Shown here in pieces: positions 1 to 13,093 of a stretch of 64,000 nucleotides of DNA (positions within the stretch are counted from its first letter, which is position 1; each line of letters starts with the position of its first letter). Below the pieces are notes generated by a model, which saw only the letters and a program-made list of their open reading frames with translations, was not told the origin of the DNA and searched no databases. This stretch comes from Octopus vulgaris (Eukaryota). The position numbers and the translations under genes were made by a program. Location of the stretch: positions 70,308,001 to 70,372,000 of the forward strand of contig OX597815.1 of NCBI GenBank assembly GCA_951406725.2, given 5' to 3'.

Positions 1-333
1 TTTCTTTCATAGTTTTTAATGTCTTTTAGTTGTGGGGGAAAGACCATCATTTTTTTTTTCAGGCACGTTTAACGTTTGCTCAACAAACTACAAACAAAGC
101 CCCACTCCCTTCGCGGGATATAGCTGTAAAGAGAGCCTAGAAAAATGGGTAATACCCCCTGCAAAGTGGGTAGGGGAGAAAAGTTGCCAACAGGTGGCTA
201 CACGAAATTCAACTTTATACTTTAAAAGTGTCTTTTACTATAGCCTCGAACCGACCGAGTGAGTGGATTTCATAGACGAAAACTGAAAGAAGCCCGTCAT
301 ATATGTATATAGCAACGTCATTTACTGCATCTC

Positions 334-600
334 TTGCTCTTTCCCTGCCCTTCTCTGTACATCAGTCAAACGGGACACCGCTTGGATGACCGATTCGCGG
401 AACACCTCCGAGACATTAGACACGGCAATGGCACCCTAGTCTTGTGCTATTTCCGCTCTACCGGTCATTCATTACAACACCTATCTGTGTTCGGACTGTC
501 TTTGCACAGGCGCCATCCGGACTCCCGCCTTCGCCGTGAACAAGGATTAATCTTCTCTCTTCGCTCCTTTGCTCCACATGGGCTCAACTCCTCTCTTCAC
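334..600 (+). pseudogene. Penelope-like element GIY-YIG endonuclease, C-terminal fragment
   Basis: LYISQTGHRLDDRFAEHLRDIR...HS...R..REQ.LIFSL.S..PHGLN matches the PLE EN motifs YIGQT/R..EH/GLN. A HHR-bearing tail follows at ~1000-1165. Confidence 0.8.
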
Positions 601-1064
601 TCTTACCTACCTTCTCCTTTCGTGATACCCACTCTATCCACCCCCACCCCCACACACCCACCCTACACCCACCCTACACCCACATCCTCACCCCAAACCC
701 ACACCCACCCTCACACTCCCACACACCAACGCCGCCACACCATATCACACACCACCACACCACTCCGCATACACTAGCACTGACTACTTCCCAACACCCA
801 TATCATCATCCACGCACCCAGACATTACAGATGTACACACACACGCACACATCCACACGTCAAAGTCACCAGTGCATATCCACACGCACACTCGCACATA
901 CACACGCGGACACACTCCTTCGTTTTGCGATCACTACTACTTTATTATCTACCCTTCTTCCTAGCTCTCCTGTCTAACTACTTTTGTCCAACCAGTCGCC
1001 ATGATTGACCGCTAACTCTAAAAGTTTTTTTCTTTATTCTCTCTCTGTTTATTTCCTCGCGTTC

Positions 1065-1100
1065 CTTTCTGTTGAAGAGCGTAGGCTCGAAACGTAAAAG
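1065..1100 (+). ncRNA. Minimal hammerhead-like motif, variant core CUGUUGA
   Basis: CTTT-CTGTTGA-A-GAGC gtag GCTC-GAA-ACGT-A-AAAG; stem I CTTT/AAAG. Homologues at 44852-44887 (+) and 45393-45428 (-). Confidence 0.6.
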
Positions 1101-1599
1101 ACTTTCTAATACACCTGCTTGTTGTTTATACACTTATCTTTTGTTTTTCTGTAAATTTCAACTATATATGTGTGTGTGTGTGTTTGTTTGTCCCTCCTAC
1201 CATCGCTTGACAACCGATGCTGGTGTGTTTGCGTCCCCATAACTTAGTTGTTCGATAGAAGAGACTGATAGAAGAAACACCAGGCTTACAAGGAATAATT
1301 TCTTCGAGTAAAGGGCCGTGTTCCAACATGTTCACCGTCAAATGACAGAAATAAGCAAAAGAATAAAAGAAGAACGTTCCGTGCCCCTAAACAAATAAGT
1401 TTCTTTGAATATGTACGACGTATTTTAAGTCTAAATAGTAATTATGTTTACGTTTGTGTAACTTAGATATATAGATATATCGGTTTTACACTTCTTTCTA
1501 TATTCTCTAACTGTCACAATAGAGAAACGTTTCACATGGCACCAGCACACAATTTACAGATGCTTACATCTTTTATACTTTCCGTGAAGTTTTCACGGC

Positions 1600-1775
1600 T
1601 CCACTGCCGCTACGTTCTGAGTTCAAATTCCTCCGAGGTTAACTTTGCCTTTCGTCCTTTCGGAGTCGATTAAATAAGTACCAGTTACGCACTGGGGTCG
1701 ATGTAATCGACTTAATCCATTTCCTGTCCTTGTTTGTCCCCTCTATGTTTAGCCCTTGTGGGCAATAAAGAATTA
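1600..1775 (+). mobile_element. tRNA-derived SINE family B, 5'-truncated copy
   Basis: gttctgagttcaaattc...tttgcctttcgtcctttcggagtcgat...aagtaccag matches the full copies at 34069 and 63123. Confidence 0.8.
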
Positions 1776-1851
1776 AATATGTTTGTGTATGTATGTGTGT
1801 CTGTGTATACAGATACACATATATTCACATATGCCCGCGTACCTACTCACT

Positions 1852-1902
<51 letters not shown>

Positions 1903-2569
1903 GCAACCATACACATCTCTACGTACGGGTATATTCACACATTATTATAAATGAGCGAGAAGAGAGACAGACAGACAAATAAGAGAGAGAGGGAGAGGGA
2001 GAGCATGTATACACATACGTACAGATATATATATAAATATATATGTACTGAATGTTTTTTTAACCGTTTTCTTTCTTACTCCATTAACATTATCTCCTGT
2101 TCCCTAATATATAACTCCATTATTCTCTCTCTCTATCTCCCTCTCTTTCTCTCTTTCTCTGTCACACACACGCGCTTTTCCCTTTCTCACCAACAGCTTC
2201 CACACTCACCTCCCTGGCGGCGTGCCTCCGACTTCCATTGTAAACACTGCAACCTGCTTCCACTTTTCTCCTTCTCATTCTCTAAGGCGCAATACCTTCT
2301 TCTCCTCCTCCCACCTCATTTAAGTAATATTTCCCTCCCATTTTGCAAGCTTGTAAATACGCACCACACATACACACATTCACACACACACACACGTACA
2401 CACGCACACGCACACAGACATACATACGCACGCACGCAAGCACGCACACACACACACAAACAAAAACAGTCACGCAGTCACGTACATATGCACCAATGTT
2501 TTTACGTCTATGTGTACGTATTTCGGTGAATGCTATCGCTCGCTTCTCTTTCTCTTTCTCCCCCCTCTC

Positions 2570-2625
<56 letters not shown>

Positions 2626-4159
2626 AATACAAGTGCGAACACGCTACCTTTAAGATAGCACATTTTATGTTGATTTGGTATCACTGTATCATATTCTATA
2701 GTGTATACGCATAAGTATACATATAGCAGCAATCTTTCGGTAACCGTAGAAGAATAGTAAAAGAAATTCTTCGGCAATTTCCGTAAAACTTATTTTTATT
2801 TCTTTAATTTTTTTCCAGCTGAATCGTTTATGTTTATATATTTTTAATATTATGTATGTATGTATGTATGTATGTATGTATGTATGTATGTATGTATGTA
2901 TGTATGATGTATGTATGTATGTATGCATGTTTGCATGCATGCATGTTTGCATGCATGCATGTATGTATATTTTTGCTTGTATGTTATATGTATGTGTTTA
3001 TGCGCATGTATGTGTATTTGTGTACGTATTGTATATTTTTAATTTTGCTTTTCAGTTGAATCGCTAATGTTCATGTATATTCCGTTCGTGTGTATATGTA
3101 TGTGTTTATATGTATGTTTATATATTTGTGTATGTAAATATAAGTACGTGTTTATGTGCCTCTATGTATATTTGTGTATATAAAGTTAATCCAAACATGA
3201 AAGCAGAAAAAAACTCAACGCGAAGACGTGGAAAAAATATAGTATTATTGGACGCTCAAGAAAGAAGGAATTCACAATTACACATACATATACAGAATTT
3301 ACAAATAGACATACATACACACGTAAACATAATACACACACACAAAATACATAAATGTAAGCGATTCAGCTGAAAAAAAATTAAAGGAAATACATTTTTT
3401 ACGAAAATTGCCGAAGAAATACTTTCGGTTGTGTACGGTTATCGAACGATTGCCCTATGGCAAACATGTGGGGAGAATGCTGACAAGATATGCAGCTTGA
3501 AAGAAGCTCGAACGCCAACAGTGGAAAATGTAAAATAGAACTATAAGATAACATGCAAATATGTTAAAAGAACGCGCATTGATAAATCAATGAAAAATTA
3601 CTGCCAATAAATTTTAATACACAAGTTCGCGCGCGCGCACATACACACACTTTAATACAGCTAGTATTCGTTACTTAACAGTCTCATCATGAATACCGTT
3701 ATTGTATCTACTTGAAAAATTAAGCTTTTCTCATTCACATTATTGTCGCCATTTTGATGCAAATTCGAACGAAAAATGTGTTTTGTTTGTTTCTATAAAA
3801 CATGCTGTTATTTATTCAAATATTGTTACATGCAAAATGAACGGGATGAGAAACAATCCGATGTGTAGATATTTAATAGCAATGTAATCTTAGTATTACT
3901 TATGTTGAAAAGAAAAAAATATTAAAAGTATAATTTACCGTTGTTAAAACAATGGCATATTCATTTTTAGTAGAACTCCGGCAAAGTATGCAGCAGCTGA
4001 AAATGTTAAATTTAAAGCAGGCAGCCAGAAGATGAAATATTGCTGGGCAGCTAACAGAACGTGCATTTAACATTAAAAAACAATGAAGAATATCAATTGA
4101 AAAAAAAAAAGACGAGACTTGAGCAGTAACGATGGTTTCAAATTTTGGCACAAGGTCAA

Positions 4160-4345
4160 CTATTTCGGGGGAGGGTTAAGCCGATGACATCGATCCCAGT
4201 GTTCAATTGGTACTTATTTTATCGACCCCGTAAGGATGAAAAGCAAAGTTGACCTCGGCTAAATTTGAATCCGGAACGTAAAGAGGGATGAAATACCGCT
4301 AAGCATTTAGCCCGGCGTGCTAACGATTCTGCCAGCTCATCACCT
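4160..4345 (-). mobile_element. SINE family B copy
   Basis: Reverse complement of the gagctggcagaatcgttagcacgccggg head and the catcct..cggggtcgataaaataagtacc core. Confidence 0.8.
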
Positions 4346-4559
4346 TAACATGAGCTGTAATAATAAGAGCGAATCCTGTTACCGAAAAGGTTATAACACA
4401 AAGCATTGTCAGTTACTGAAACAGGCTTAAAACAAAATATTAGTGTTAAAGAAACATGAAGAAAGAACACACTATTACTGATAATAAATGTGTAAGACAA
4501 AAGCAAAGATAGGCTTATACCACACACAAATAGCAAATAAAGTTGTCGAGATATTCGTA

Positions 4560-5120
4560 CATGCAATGTTTGCTAACTAGAAATTCAAATGAGAGGTCAT
4601 TTGTTTCCAGGTTAAAGCCGAAAGGCTCTAATCTGGAAACTTAAAGATGAAGGGGCAACAAAATATCAAATGGAAAATACTTTCTAAAACGAGACCCTAT
4701 ATCAAAGGATCCAAAAGACTTTCAATATGTTCTCTTGAAAATCTACATCTCTTAAAGAACTTGAGAGCCTCCAGCAATTACGTAAATTCCAGGAACGAGA
4801 TTTTTCTCCATGTTCGCATTTTAAGAAATACATCTTGGCGGAATTTAAAAATAGGCCACCAGATGCATCGTAAACTATTAATATCTTGCTTACATCTTTT
4901 TCACATTTGTTTATCATAACATTGGTTATTGCCCTTGTGTTTTTTTCTTTATGTCTTCTTTATGAGCGTCCGTTGTTCAAACGTCATCTGATCAAAAAGC
5001 ATCTGAGAAACGGTCTTGTTTCCAGCTTGAAAAATGGCGAAATAAATTAATGTCTGGCCGGGAAACTGTAGATAGCTGTATTTCACACGACTTTTGGCTC
5101 TTATTATAACAGTATCATTA
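4560..5120 (+). mobile_element. Decayed PLE 3' end (GIY-YIG tail plus degenerate HHR)
   Basis: KWKILSKTRPYIKGSKR..IC..E...VNSRNEIF aligns by eye with QWKILARCKPYTNGSGRCGLC..E...LNTRTELF of ORF 42709-43440. Decayed HHR near 5023-5078. Confidence 0.7.
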
Positions 5121-5129
5121 CTCTCCTAG

Positions 5130-5370
5130 CTGATCTGATGCTATTCTACATGTTGATGCCATACCACATAAAATGTAACCATGTGGACTGTTGACGATTT
5201 TTTTCCTCCGTCTTCCTTTTCTCTTGGATTTTCTTCTGCTTCCTGTTTCTAAAGAAGAGCTTTGCTCGAAAAGTAAAACACCCTTTCTTTCCTTCTCTGA
5301 GCGTCTTATTAATACTTTGCATGTACCACATCCACGCGTTGTTTTTCTTGTCGTTTTTCTCCGTTTATAT
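5130..5370 (+). mobile_element. Short HHR-bearing element, decayed (family of 7340-7568 and 41990-42222)
   Basis: GTTT-CTAAAGA-A-GAGC ttt GCTC-GAAAAGTA-AAAC, then the shared ctgagcgtc..taatact..ccacgcgtt tail. Confidence 0.65.
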
Positions 5371-5388
5371 ATATGTATGCATACATAT

Positions 5389-5531
<143 letters not shown>

Positions 5532-6100
5532 ATCTCATCTTATAATCATCTCATCTCATCTCATTTCATATCATATCATCTCATATCATATCATATAGAT
5601 GAGTTAGGGTCTATATTTTATTTATATAATATAAAAATATATTTTATCGTAGTCATTTTCATTATTACAAGCAGTAGCAACACCAACAGCAACGCAATCA
5701 CCATCAACATCATAATTGTTTGCCTCGTCGTCATCGTTGTCGTTGTCGTCGTCGCCATTATCGTTTTTATTATCTGCATCAACAGAAACTGCATACATTA
5801 AAACTGGAACGCTACAAAGATTATCATGACCTCTTCACAAGGATGTCACGCAGATTCATGAGGTATTACATATTCTTTAATGGCGGTACCTTTGCATGAC
5901 CTAATCCTCTGGCTGAAACCAATAAGTGAATAAGAGAATCTACCTATCTGTTTATGTATGTATGTATGTATGTATGTATGTATGTATGTATGTATGTATG
6001 TATGTGTATGTATGTATGTATGTGTGCATGTATGTATGTATGTATCTATCTATCTATCTACCTATCTTTCTGTCTGTTTGTGAACACACACGCACGGACG

Positions 6101-6172
<72 letters not shown>

Positions 6173-6408
6173 TGTTTACCAAATATGCATAAAGACACAT
6201 GGACCCTTTTCTTTTCAGACCAATCTCTTGGGGTATTTTTGTCGTAATTTATTATTGTTGGGTGTAGACTTTGAACAGTTCATCATACGCTCGGCTGACA
6301 TGTTTAATTTTAAGTTTTTTCTATAAATCATATCATTACACACGCGCGCACACACACACACACATTATTATTTAACAAGAATAGCATTGACAGTGATTTT
6401 GGTCTGTT

Positions 6409-6448
6409 AAGCCGATGAAGGCTAGCAAGTCGAAACTTCGAAATCCTT
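6409..6448 (+). ncRNA. Hammerhead motif (CCGAUGA core), one stem III mismatch
   Basis: AAG-CCGATGA-A-GGCT agca AGTC-GAA-ACTTCGAAAT-C-CTT. A homologue near 32670-32705 keeps the palindromic ACTTCGAAGT-C. Confidence 0.6.
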
Positions 6449-6531
6449 GTCCATACAGTTCTTGTAAAAAAAAAAATACTGTACAAAAAATATTGTGTAA
6501 TTCTTGTTTTTTTTTAATTATAACTGACCGA

Positions 6532-6745
6532 AAGGCGGCGAACTGGCAGAATCGTTAGCTCACCGGGCAAAATGCTTAGCGGCATTTCGTCCATCATTAC
6601 GTTCTGAGTTCAAATTCCGCCTAGATTGACTGTACCTTTCATCCTTTCGGGTTGGATAAATTAAGTACCAGTCAAGTACTGGAGTCGATGTTATCGACTA
6701 TCTCCTTCCTCACAAATTTCCGGTCTTCTACCAAGTGTAAAAAGG
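6532..6745 (+). mobile_element. SINE family B copy
   Basis: aaggcggcgaactggcagaatcgttagc...gagttcaaattcc...ctttcatcctttcgg. Confidence 0.8.
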
Positions 6746-6840
6746 ATTTTAACTGATCTATATACAAATATCAACACACACACACACATACATCACATAC
6801 ATATGTGTGTGTGTGAGGGAGAGAGAGTGTGTGAGTATTT

Positions 6841-6905
<65 letters not shown>

Positions 6906-7138
6906 AGTATGTATGTATATATATATATATATATATGTTTAAGTAGTTGAATGAATTATCCTAGTATGGATAATTCGGTTAACCGATACCCGGGTAGCAA
7001 ATTTACGTCAGAAAGCACGGTTGAAGCTACATGCCAAGGGCAGAAATCACGTGCTTTCGTGTGGAAATTTGTGTGTTTTTTTACTATAGATAAATGAAGG
7101 AATGGAGTCGAACGACGATTTAACAAAATTCCTTTATA

Positions 7139-7216
7139 CTCGACATATGTTTCGAAGATTGCATATTCTTAATTCCGAAGGAATAAAGGTGCATTATGCC
7201 GTCTTCTCATCAGGAA
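7139..7216 (-). ncRNA. Type I hammerhead ribozyme motif
   Basis: Minus strand TTC-CTGATGA-GAAGA...TCTTC-GAA-ACATATGT-C-GAG; palindromic stem III, GUC site. Lies in a ~340 bp insert between (TA)n tracts. Confidence 0.75.
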
Positions 7217-7278
7217 AGACAAGGAACTTATGTCAGCATCATGACGAACAAAAACTTTTAGATGACTGCCCACACGGA

Positions 7279-7343
<65 letters not shown>

Positions 7344-7413
7344 ATCTCTTGAGCACCACCAGCTCAAACATTTTCTCCTCTGTCTTCCCTCCTTGGGATC
7401 TTTCCTTCTCCTT

Positions 7414-7448
7414 GTTTCCGACGAAGAGCTCCGCTCGAAACGTTAAAC
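7414..7448 (+). ncRNA. Minimal hammerhead motif (CCGACGA core)
   Basis: GTTT-CCGACGA-A-GAGC tcc GCTC-GAA-ACGT-T-AAAC; identical motif at 42087-42121. Confidence 0.75.
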
Positions 7449-7562
7449 CCTCCTTCCCTTCTTTCCTGAGCGTCAATAATACTTTAATTGTTCCACGTCC
7501 TGCGTTGCTGTGTTTTTTTTCTCTTTTTTTCTCTTTTTTTCTGTGTTTTCTTGTTTGGATTA

Positions 7563-7599
<37 letters not shown>

Positions 7600-7765
7600 A
7601 AAGTCAAATGCGATACAATAAAATTAATTATTTTCGCCGGTGTTCCAGGACACGCCATATATTATTCATATATAAGTACATTAAAAGGCGAAGTGTGAAC
7701 TAGATACACAAAAGCTGGATAAATTTAATGAGATGAAAATTAAAAACTTTTACAAACTTCGTTCT

Positions 7766-7838
7766 TCTTAGACTGCAGTTTCGCCTATTTCAGCAATAAA
7801 AATAATATTTATTTACTCAGGTAGGCTCCTCAGTAAGA
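7766..7838 (-). ncRNA. Type I hammerhead ribozyme, canonical core
   Basis: TCTTA-CTGAGGA-GCCTA...TAGGC-GAA-ACTGCAGT-C-TAAGA; all three stems pair. Confidence 0.9.
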
Positions 7839-8169
7839 TTCCTGTTATTATGGGAAGCGCACATTAATAGAGGCACGTGCGTCTATTAAATTGCTCTTTC
7901 TAAACTATTCAAATCACTGCGCAGACTCAGAACGTACCCGACAAAATAGGGTTTTCTGGTATATCGTCTAACGCTCAAAAATTTATCGAGAAAATACGTA
8001 AACAAAGTCAAATGCGATACAATAAAATTAATTATTTTCGCCGGTGTTCTAGGACACGCCATATATTATTCATATATAAGTACATTAAAAGGCGAAGTGT
8101 GAACTAGATACACAAAAGCTGGATAAATTTAATGAGATGAAAATTAAAAACTTTTACAAACTTAGTTCT

Positions 8170-8242
8170 TCTTAGACTGCAGTTTCGCCTATTTCAGCAA
8201 TAAAAATAATATTTATTTACTCAGGTAGGCTCCTCAGTAAGA
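8170..8242 (-). ncRNA. Type I hammerhead ribozyme, second copy
   Basis: Same motif 404 bp from the first. Confidence 0.9.
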
Positions 8243-8254
8243 TTCCTGTTATTA

Positions 8255-8301
<47 letters not shown>

Positions 8302-8704
8302 TATATATATATATGTATGTATGTATGTATATATATATATATACAGAGAGAGGAATTTCATGTTTCGCTAAGAAGCATTACATGGTTCCATTGGGTTCAA
8401 CTCGAGTTGAATATAATAAACCACTCCAAATCGTTGTTAGAGTATCCACATAATTGGAGTCTGGAACGGCTACTTTCTACTAGGATCGAGTCGCATCAAT
8501 GGTAGAGGAAGGTTTTATGTAACGGACATATTGCCTATCATTTATTTATTACGCACACATGAAACGTACGTATTAAATGATTTCAAAATATCACTATTTG
8601 GTTTGATTTCATTATTACAGCTTATAAAACTCGAAGCCAATACAAACTAGCCGGTCCAAACTCCAGTTATGCACATACTCTACAAACAACTTGCAGCAGT
8701 TTGT

Positions 8705-8792
<88 letters not shown>

Positions 8793-9723
8793 TACACACA
8801 CACGGATACACACATGTATGTATACAGGCGCGGTGTAGTTGCAATTTGACACCCCCGAAGAGGCTCGCAAAGACGATTTAGCAAATATACACATACAGAT
8901 AGAGGGAGTGGGCGGAGAGGAGGAGAAATGGGGAGAGGGAGAGATTGCAATATATTAATAGAACACGACTGACACAAAAATAAACAGAGAGGGGGAAGAA
9001 GAGAGATAAAAAGAGAGAGTGGGAGAGAGAGACAAATAGACGAACATTAACAAGGAGAGGGAACTGGAAAGAACTGAAGAAACATTAAAACATCTAATGT
9101 CAAATAAGTCAGCGTCGAATCAGCGACGCCAAATAAGCGGCGTCGAAGAGAGCTATGCCAAAACGTTTCATACCTTCCTAGCCACTTTCCCATTTAGTTT
9201 ATTGTTCTCAACCACTAGCTTCTTAACGTACATAACTGAGTCTTATCTATTTTCACAGTTAATCCTAAACCTCCACTATAATTTATAAGTTCTTACATGA
9301 ATAAATCTTTTATTTACTCTTCATAAAGACTTCCTTATCAGTAATGAAGCCTCAAGCTATCTCTATCCAAGTCTCAGCCTAGATCTCTTATCTACATCGA
9401 CTATGCAGGTCACACGATCTTGTAGTATGACTTGTTGACTACGTGATGTGGTGGACTAGTTACAATATTTCCTTCTATTGTCCTTCACAATGAGCTATTT
9501 TAAAAATATGGCCAACCTATTTCGATTCGATCGTGTGTGCAATGGTTCGTTCGAAGGATTCAAACATCTACAGTTGTAATGTCTGACTAGTCCTTTGATT
9601 CTTTTATTTATTTCAGTTATTGGGCTACGGTCATGCTGGAGCAGCACCTTGAAATGTTAAGTTGAAAAATTCGACCACAGTACTAATTCTAAATCTGGTA
9701 CTTATTCTACGAAACAAACCTAC

Positions 9724-9754
<31 letters not shown>

Positions 9755-10353
9755 CTTCTTCTTCTTCTTCTTCTTCTTCTTCTTCTTCTTCTCCTCCTCT
9801 CCCCCCTCCCCTCCCCTCCCCTCCTCCCTCCTTCATCTCCTCCATCCACTCACCCTATCATATCTGTATCGCATATCATGTATCGCCCTATATATATATA
9901 TCCCACTTAGACACCTCACACCAGACACGCGACAACATCCAAATCTCCTTCAAATCACACACCCAAGACAAGGACACATTCGATTATGTACTCAACGATA
10001 TGATCATGACTGTCTTTGGGCTAACTTGGGGTTAAACAACAACGACGACAACAAAACTCTTCTAATGTTCACTTTTCTGTCTTTTCTGTGCTTTAGTCTT
10101 TGTACTGTGCGTGTCTCGTACTTTTATTGCTGTCTTTCTTTACTTTTTCGACGGGTTGTAACGCACCTGAGCACTATATAAAACAGAGTCATTATTAGGC
10201 GGAATCGTTAGCACGTCGACCAAAATGCTATTTATTCTTAATGCGTCCTGGCAGATTCGAACGTGAATATCTGACCACTGTCATTTATCATGAATGGAGA
10301 ACAGCTCCCCACCCCTTAAGACGAACGCACGTGATTCACCGGTGTAAGGGAAC

Positions 10354-10403
10354 TTCGAAACACCCCGGTGTTTCGGCTTTATAGCACGCTTCCTCAGTTT
10401 GAA
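10354..10403 (-). ncRNA. Decayed hammerhead motif
   Basis: CTGAGGA-AGC...GCC-GAA-ACACC gg GGTGT-T; stem I poorly paired. Confidence 0.45.
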
Positions 10404-10984
10404 TATGCCAGAACATATTAAGATTGAATTATTTAGAATTAAAACCAGCCTTTAAAATGTCTAAAAAAACATTATTAAAGTAATACAAACTATATATTGA
10501 TTCATGAAAACAATTCAAAATATTAGATTATCAGAGAAACACACATTTGTTAAGGGCTTGCGCTTTTCTAGAAATTACAACGTGAACCCTGCCCCCTAGG
10601 AATCATTGTTTTAGGATCAGAAAAAAACAAAACAAACATCGATGCTAAATAGTTACTGACCCCGCCACACACACACACACTAATGCACAAATTTAATCCA
10701 GATTAGAGTATTTCTAGCATATCTGGGACAGCGTAACTGCTATGCATTCAAATATTTTAAGCCTCATTTCATCCAACACCCCAACCCACAAAGCAATCAG
10801 ATTGATTAACAGACTATCTGTTATCAAACACGCTACACCACAAATAGGACGGAACGTTGTGTCATCTCTTTATTGAGTTCAACAGCACCATGATAACAGC
10901 TACACCTAGCAGGAAAACACACTCAAATACTACACATTCTTTATCTATGAATGACACAACACTACAAAACCTTCCGCAAACTAG

Positions 10985-11370
10985 GTGCAGGCATAGCTGT
11001 ATAGTTATGAAACTCCTTTGCAACCATTTGTTTTGGGTTCGGTTCCCCCGCGCGCCTACCTGGGCAAATGTCTTCTACTCTAGCTCCGGACCGGCCTATA
11101 CCTTGTGAGTAAATTTGATAGATGAAGACTGCATGGAAGCCCATCATATGTATATGGGGGCGGCCTTGATATTTGTTTTTGTTCCCCACCACTGCTTAAC
11201 AACAAGTGTTTGTTTATGTTCCTGTAACTTAGCGGTTTGGCTAAAGGGACCCATAGAATAAACACCATATTTATAAACTAGTGCCGGGATCAATTAATAC
11301 GACTAACTCTTTGAAGGTGGCATTCCAGCATGGATGGAGTCCAAAGACTGAAGCAAATAAAAGATAAAAT
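10985..11370 (+). mobile_element. SINE family A, decayed copy
   Basis: Matches the gggcaa.tgtcttctact..agc / cttgtgagt / gtaacttagcggtt / ccagcatgg..gactgaa blocks of 20632-21080. Confidence 0.7.
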
Positions 11371-11905
11371 ATAAACTTTAAAAATGCTCAACCTTGCTTT
11401 CTGTTCTGCTACTGTTGCTGCTGCTGTCTAACACCAGATCAACCCGGCTCAAGTAGACTTTTATTTATGGCTAAGGCTGCTACTTTATCTAGAGTGCCCT
11501 CTTTTTAAAAACAACAGGGTATAATTTGAGGAAGATTTGGTTGCTATTTCATGAAGACGGAGTGACCGTTGAGACGCTAGATATTCTCATAGCCACCAAA
11601 CATCAATAATTAAGCCATTGCATCTAAAACAAATACTCTGGCCCAGACCAGTTGTTGATCGTCTGCAGAATAAACTAGAGTAAAATCTCAACTCTGATGA
11701 GACATATGCTGTTATACACGAAACCCTAGACCTCCTCAAAAAACCCCATCTAATTGATGTGGAGACTCGCCAATGCGCTATAACTACCGGTTCACCCAGG
11801 TTCTATTTTTTTCTCTCAACTTTTTCTTTCTCTATAAAAGTTGACGGTCCAATCTATTTTCAAGGAAATACCAATCATAACAAAAGATTTAACAGCAGAA
11901 ACATG

Positions 11906-12434
11906 GGCAAGACTTCCGCCACCCGTACCCCCCTCCCCTAAAAACCACCCTTTAAAAATTTTCGGCTACGCGGAATAAGAATCTGCAAAAAAATTGGCAA
12001 AAATCGACATTATTAAATTACCAACCCCCATTTCCTTCATTTTAAACTTTTTTCAGAATTTTTTTTTCAAAATATGCGGGAAAATACGGAGATTATGATT
12101 CTGAAAAAAATTTCCCAAAATTTTTGCAAAATTTTTTTTTGAGAATTTTTTTTCTCTAAATAGGGTTAGGGTTAGGGTTAGGGTTTTAGGGTTAGGGTTA
12201 GGGTTTTAGAGTTAGGCTTAGGCTTAGGCTTAGAGTTTTAGTGTTTTAGGGTTAGTGTTGGGGAAAAAAAGTCAAAATTGAAGAGGATGGGGGGAAGTGA
12301 GAGGGATTTCACAATACCGATTTTTGGCAATTTTCCGGAACCTCCGTATCCGAAAACGGGGATTTTTGGCAAAAAAAATTTTTTAATAAACAAATTTGGG
12401 AGAAAATTGGGCGGGGACGGACGGAAGTCTTTCC
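11906..12434. mobile_element. MITE with 8-bp TSD and internal (TTAGGG)n
   Basis: TIR GGCAAGACTTCCG / CGGAAGTCTTTCC; GAAACATG duplicated at 11898-11905 and 12435-12442; telomere-like repeats at ~12161-12255. Confidence 0.75.
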
Positions 12435-13093
12435 GAAACATGTAACTGTTCTTTATTTGTAATACTTCTTCCTTTATTTAAATTAGTTTTCTGTGCTTTT
12501 GTTGTAATCTATTCTTTTGTATAAGGATTATTATATACCATCCTCAGTCTGCTACACCTTATCGGATTTACACAGACGTAAGGGCTTTAATACTCCTCCC
12601 TAAGTTTGTTGCTTGTCCCTTTTGCATGTATCGATTAAATAGATAAATAAATAAGCAGAAGGTAAGTATCTGAATGCAATATTTGTTGTAAATAAGCGGA
12701 GGCCTCCACAATGATGGAAAAGCGATTTAGTGAAACGATTTGGACGAAAAGGGAAAAGAAGGGTGCAGTCAAGAAAGAATTGGAAGCGCATTGTTACTAG
12801 CGGTGCATAAGTGACGTATATGTGAAGATCATCAGGATATTGTTGGGCGTAACATTTGTAGCAAATTCGAGGATTTGAATTGTGTGTTGCCCAAGACTAG
12901 AGAGTTAGAATGCATAGTATGAAATTTGTAGTAAGGTATATAGTAAACTTTGACAGCTGCTCATTTTGCGCTGTTATTATATTTTGCAATCTTTATTTGT
13001 TGTTAGAAAACTGTCACATCTATTTCTTTATTCTAACTCATTTTGCGCTTTATAAAGTATTTATAAATCGTTTTTTGCTATTTTGGTTTAGAG

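Larger units (their letters stand above)
7595..8256 (-). mobile_element. Tandem HHR element (retrozyme/pLTR-like), 404 bp period
   Basis: 7595-7852 is repeated at 7999-8256 near-identically. One HHR per copy, no ORF, (TA)n on both sides. Confidence 0.85.

Noticed and set aside
11694-11730. CTGATGAG...CGAAAC hammerhead candidate
   Set aside because: No convincing stem II, stem III, NUH triplet or stem I.
12161-12255. True telomere or chromosome fusion scar
   Set aside because: Short, degenerate, single orientation, and enclosed by TIRs and a TSD.
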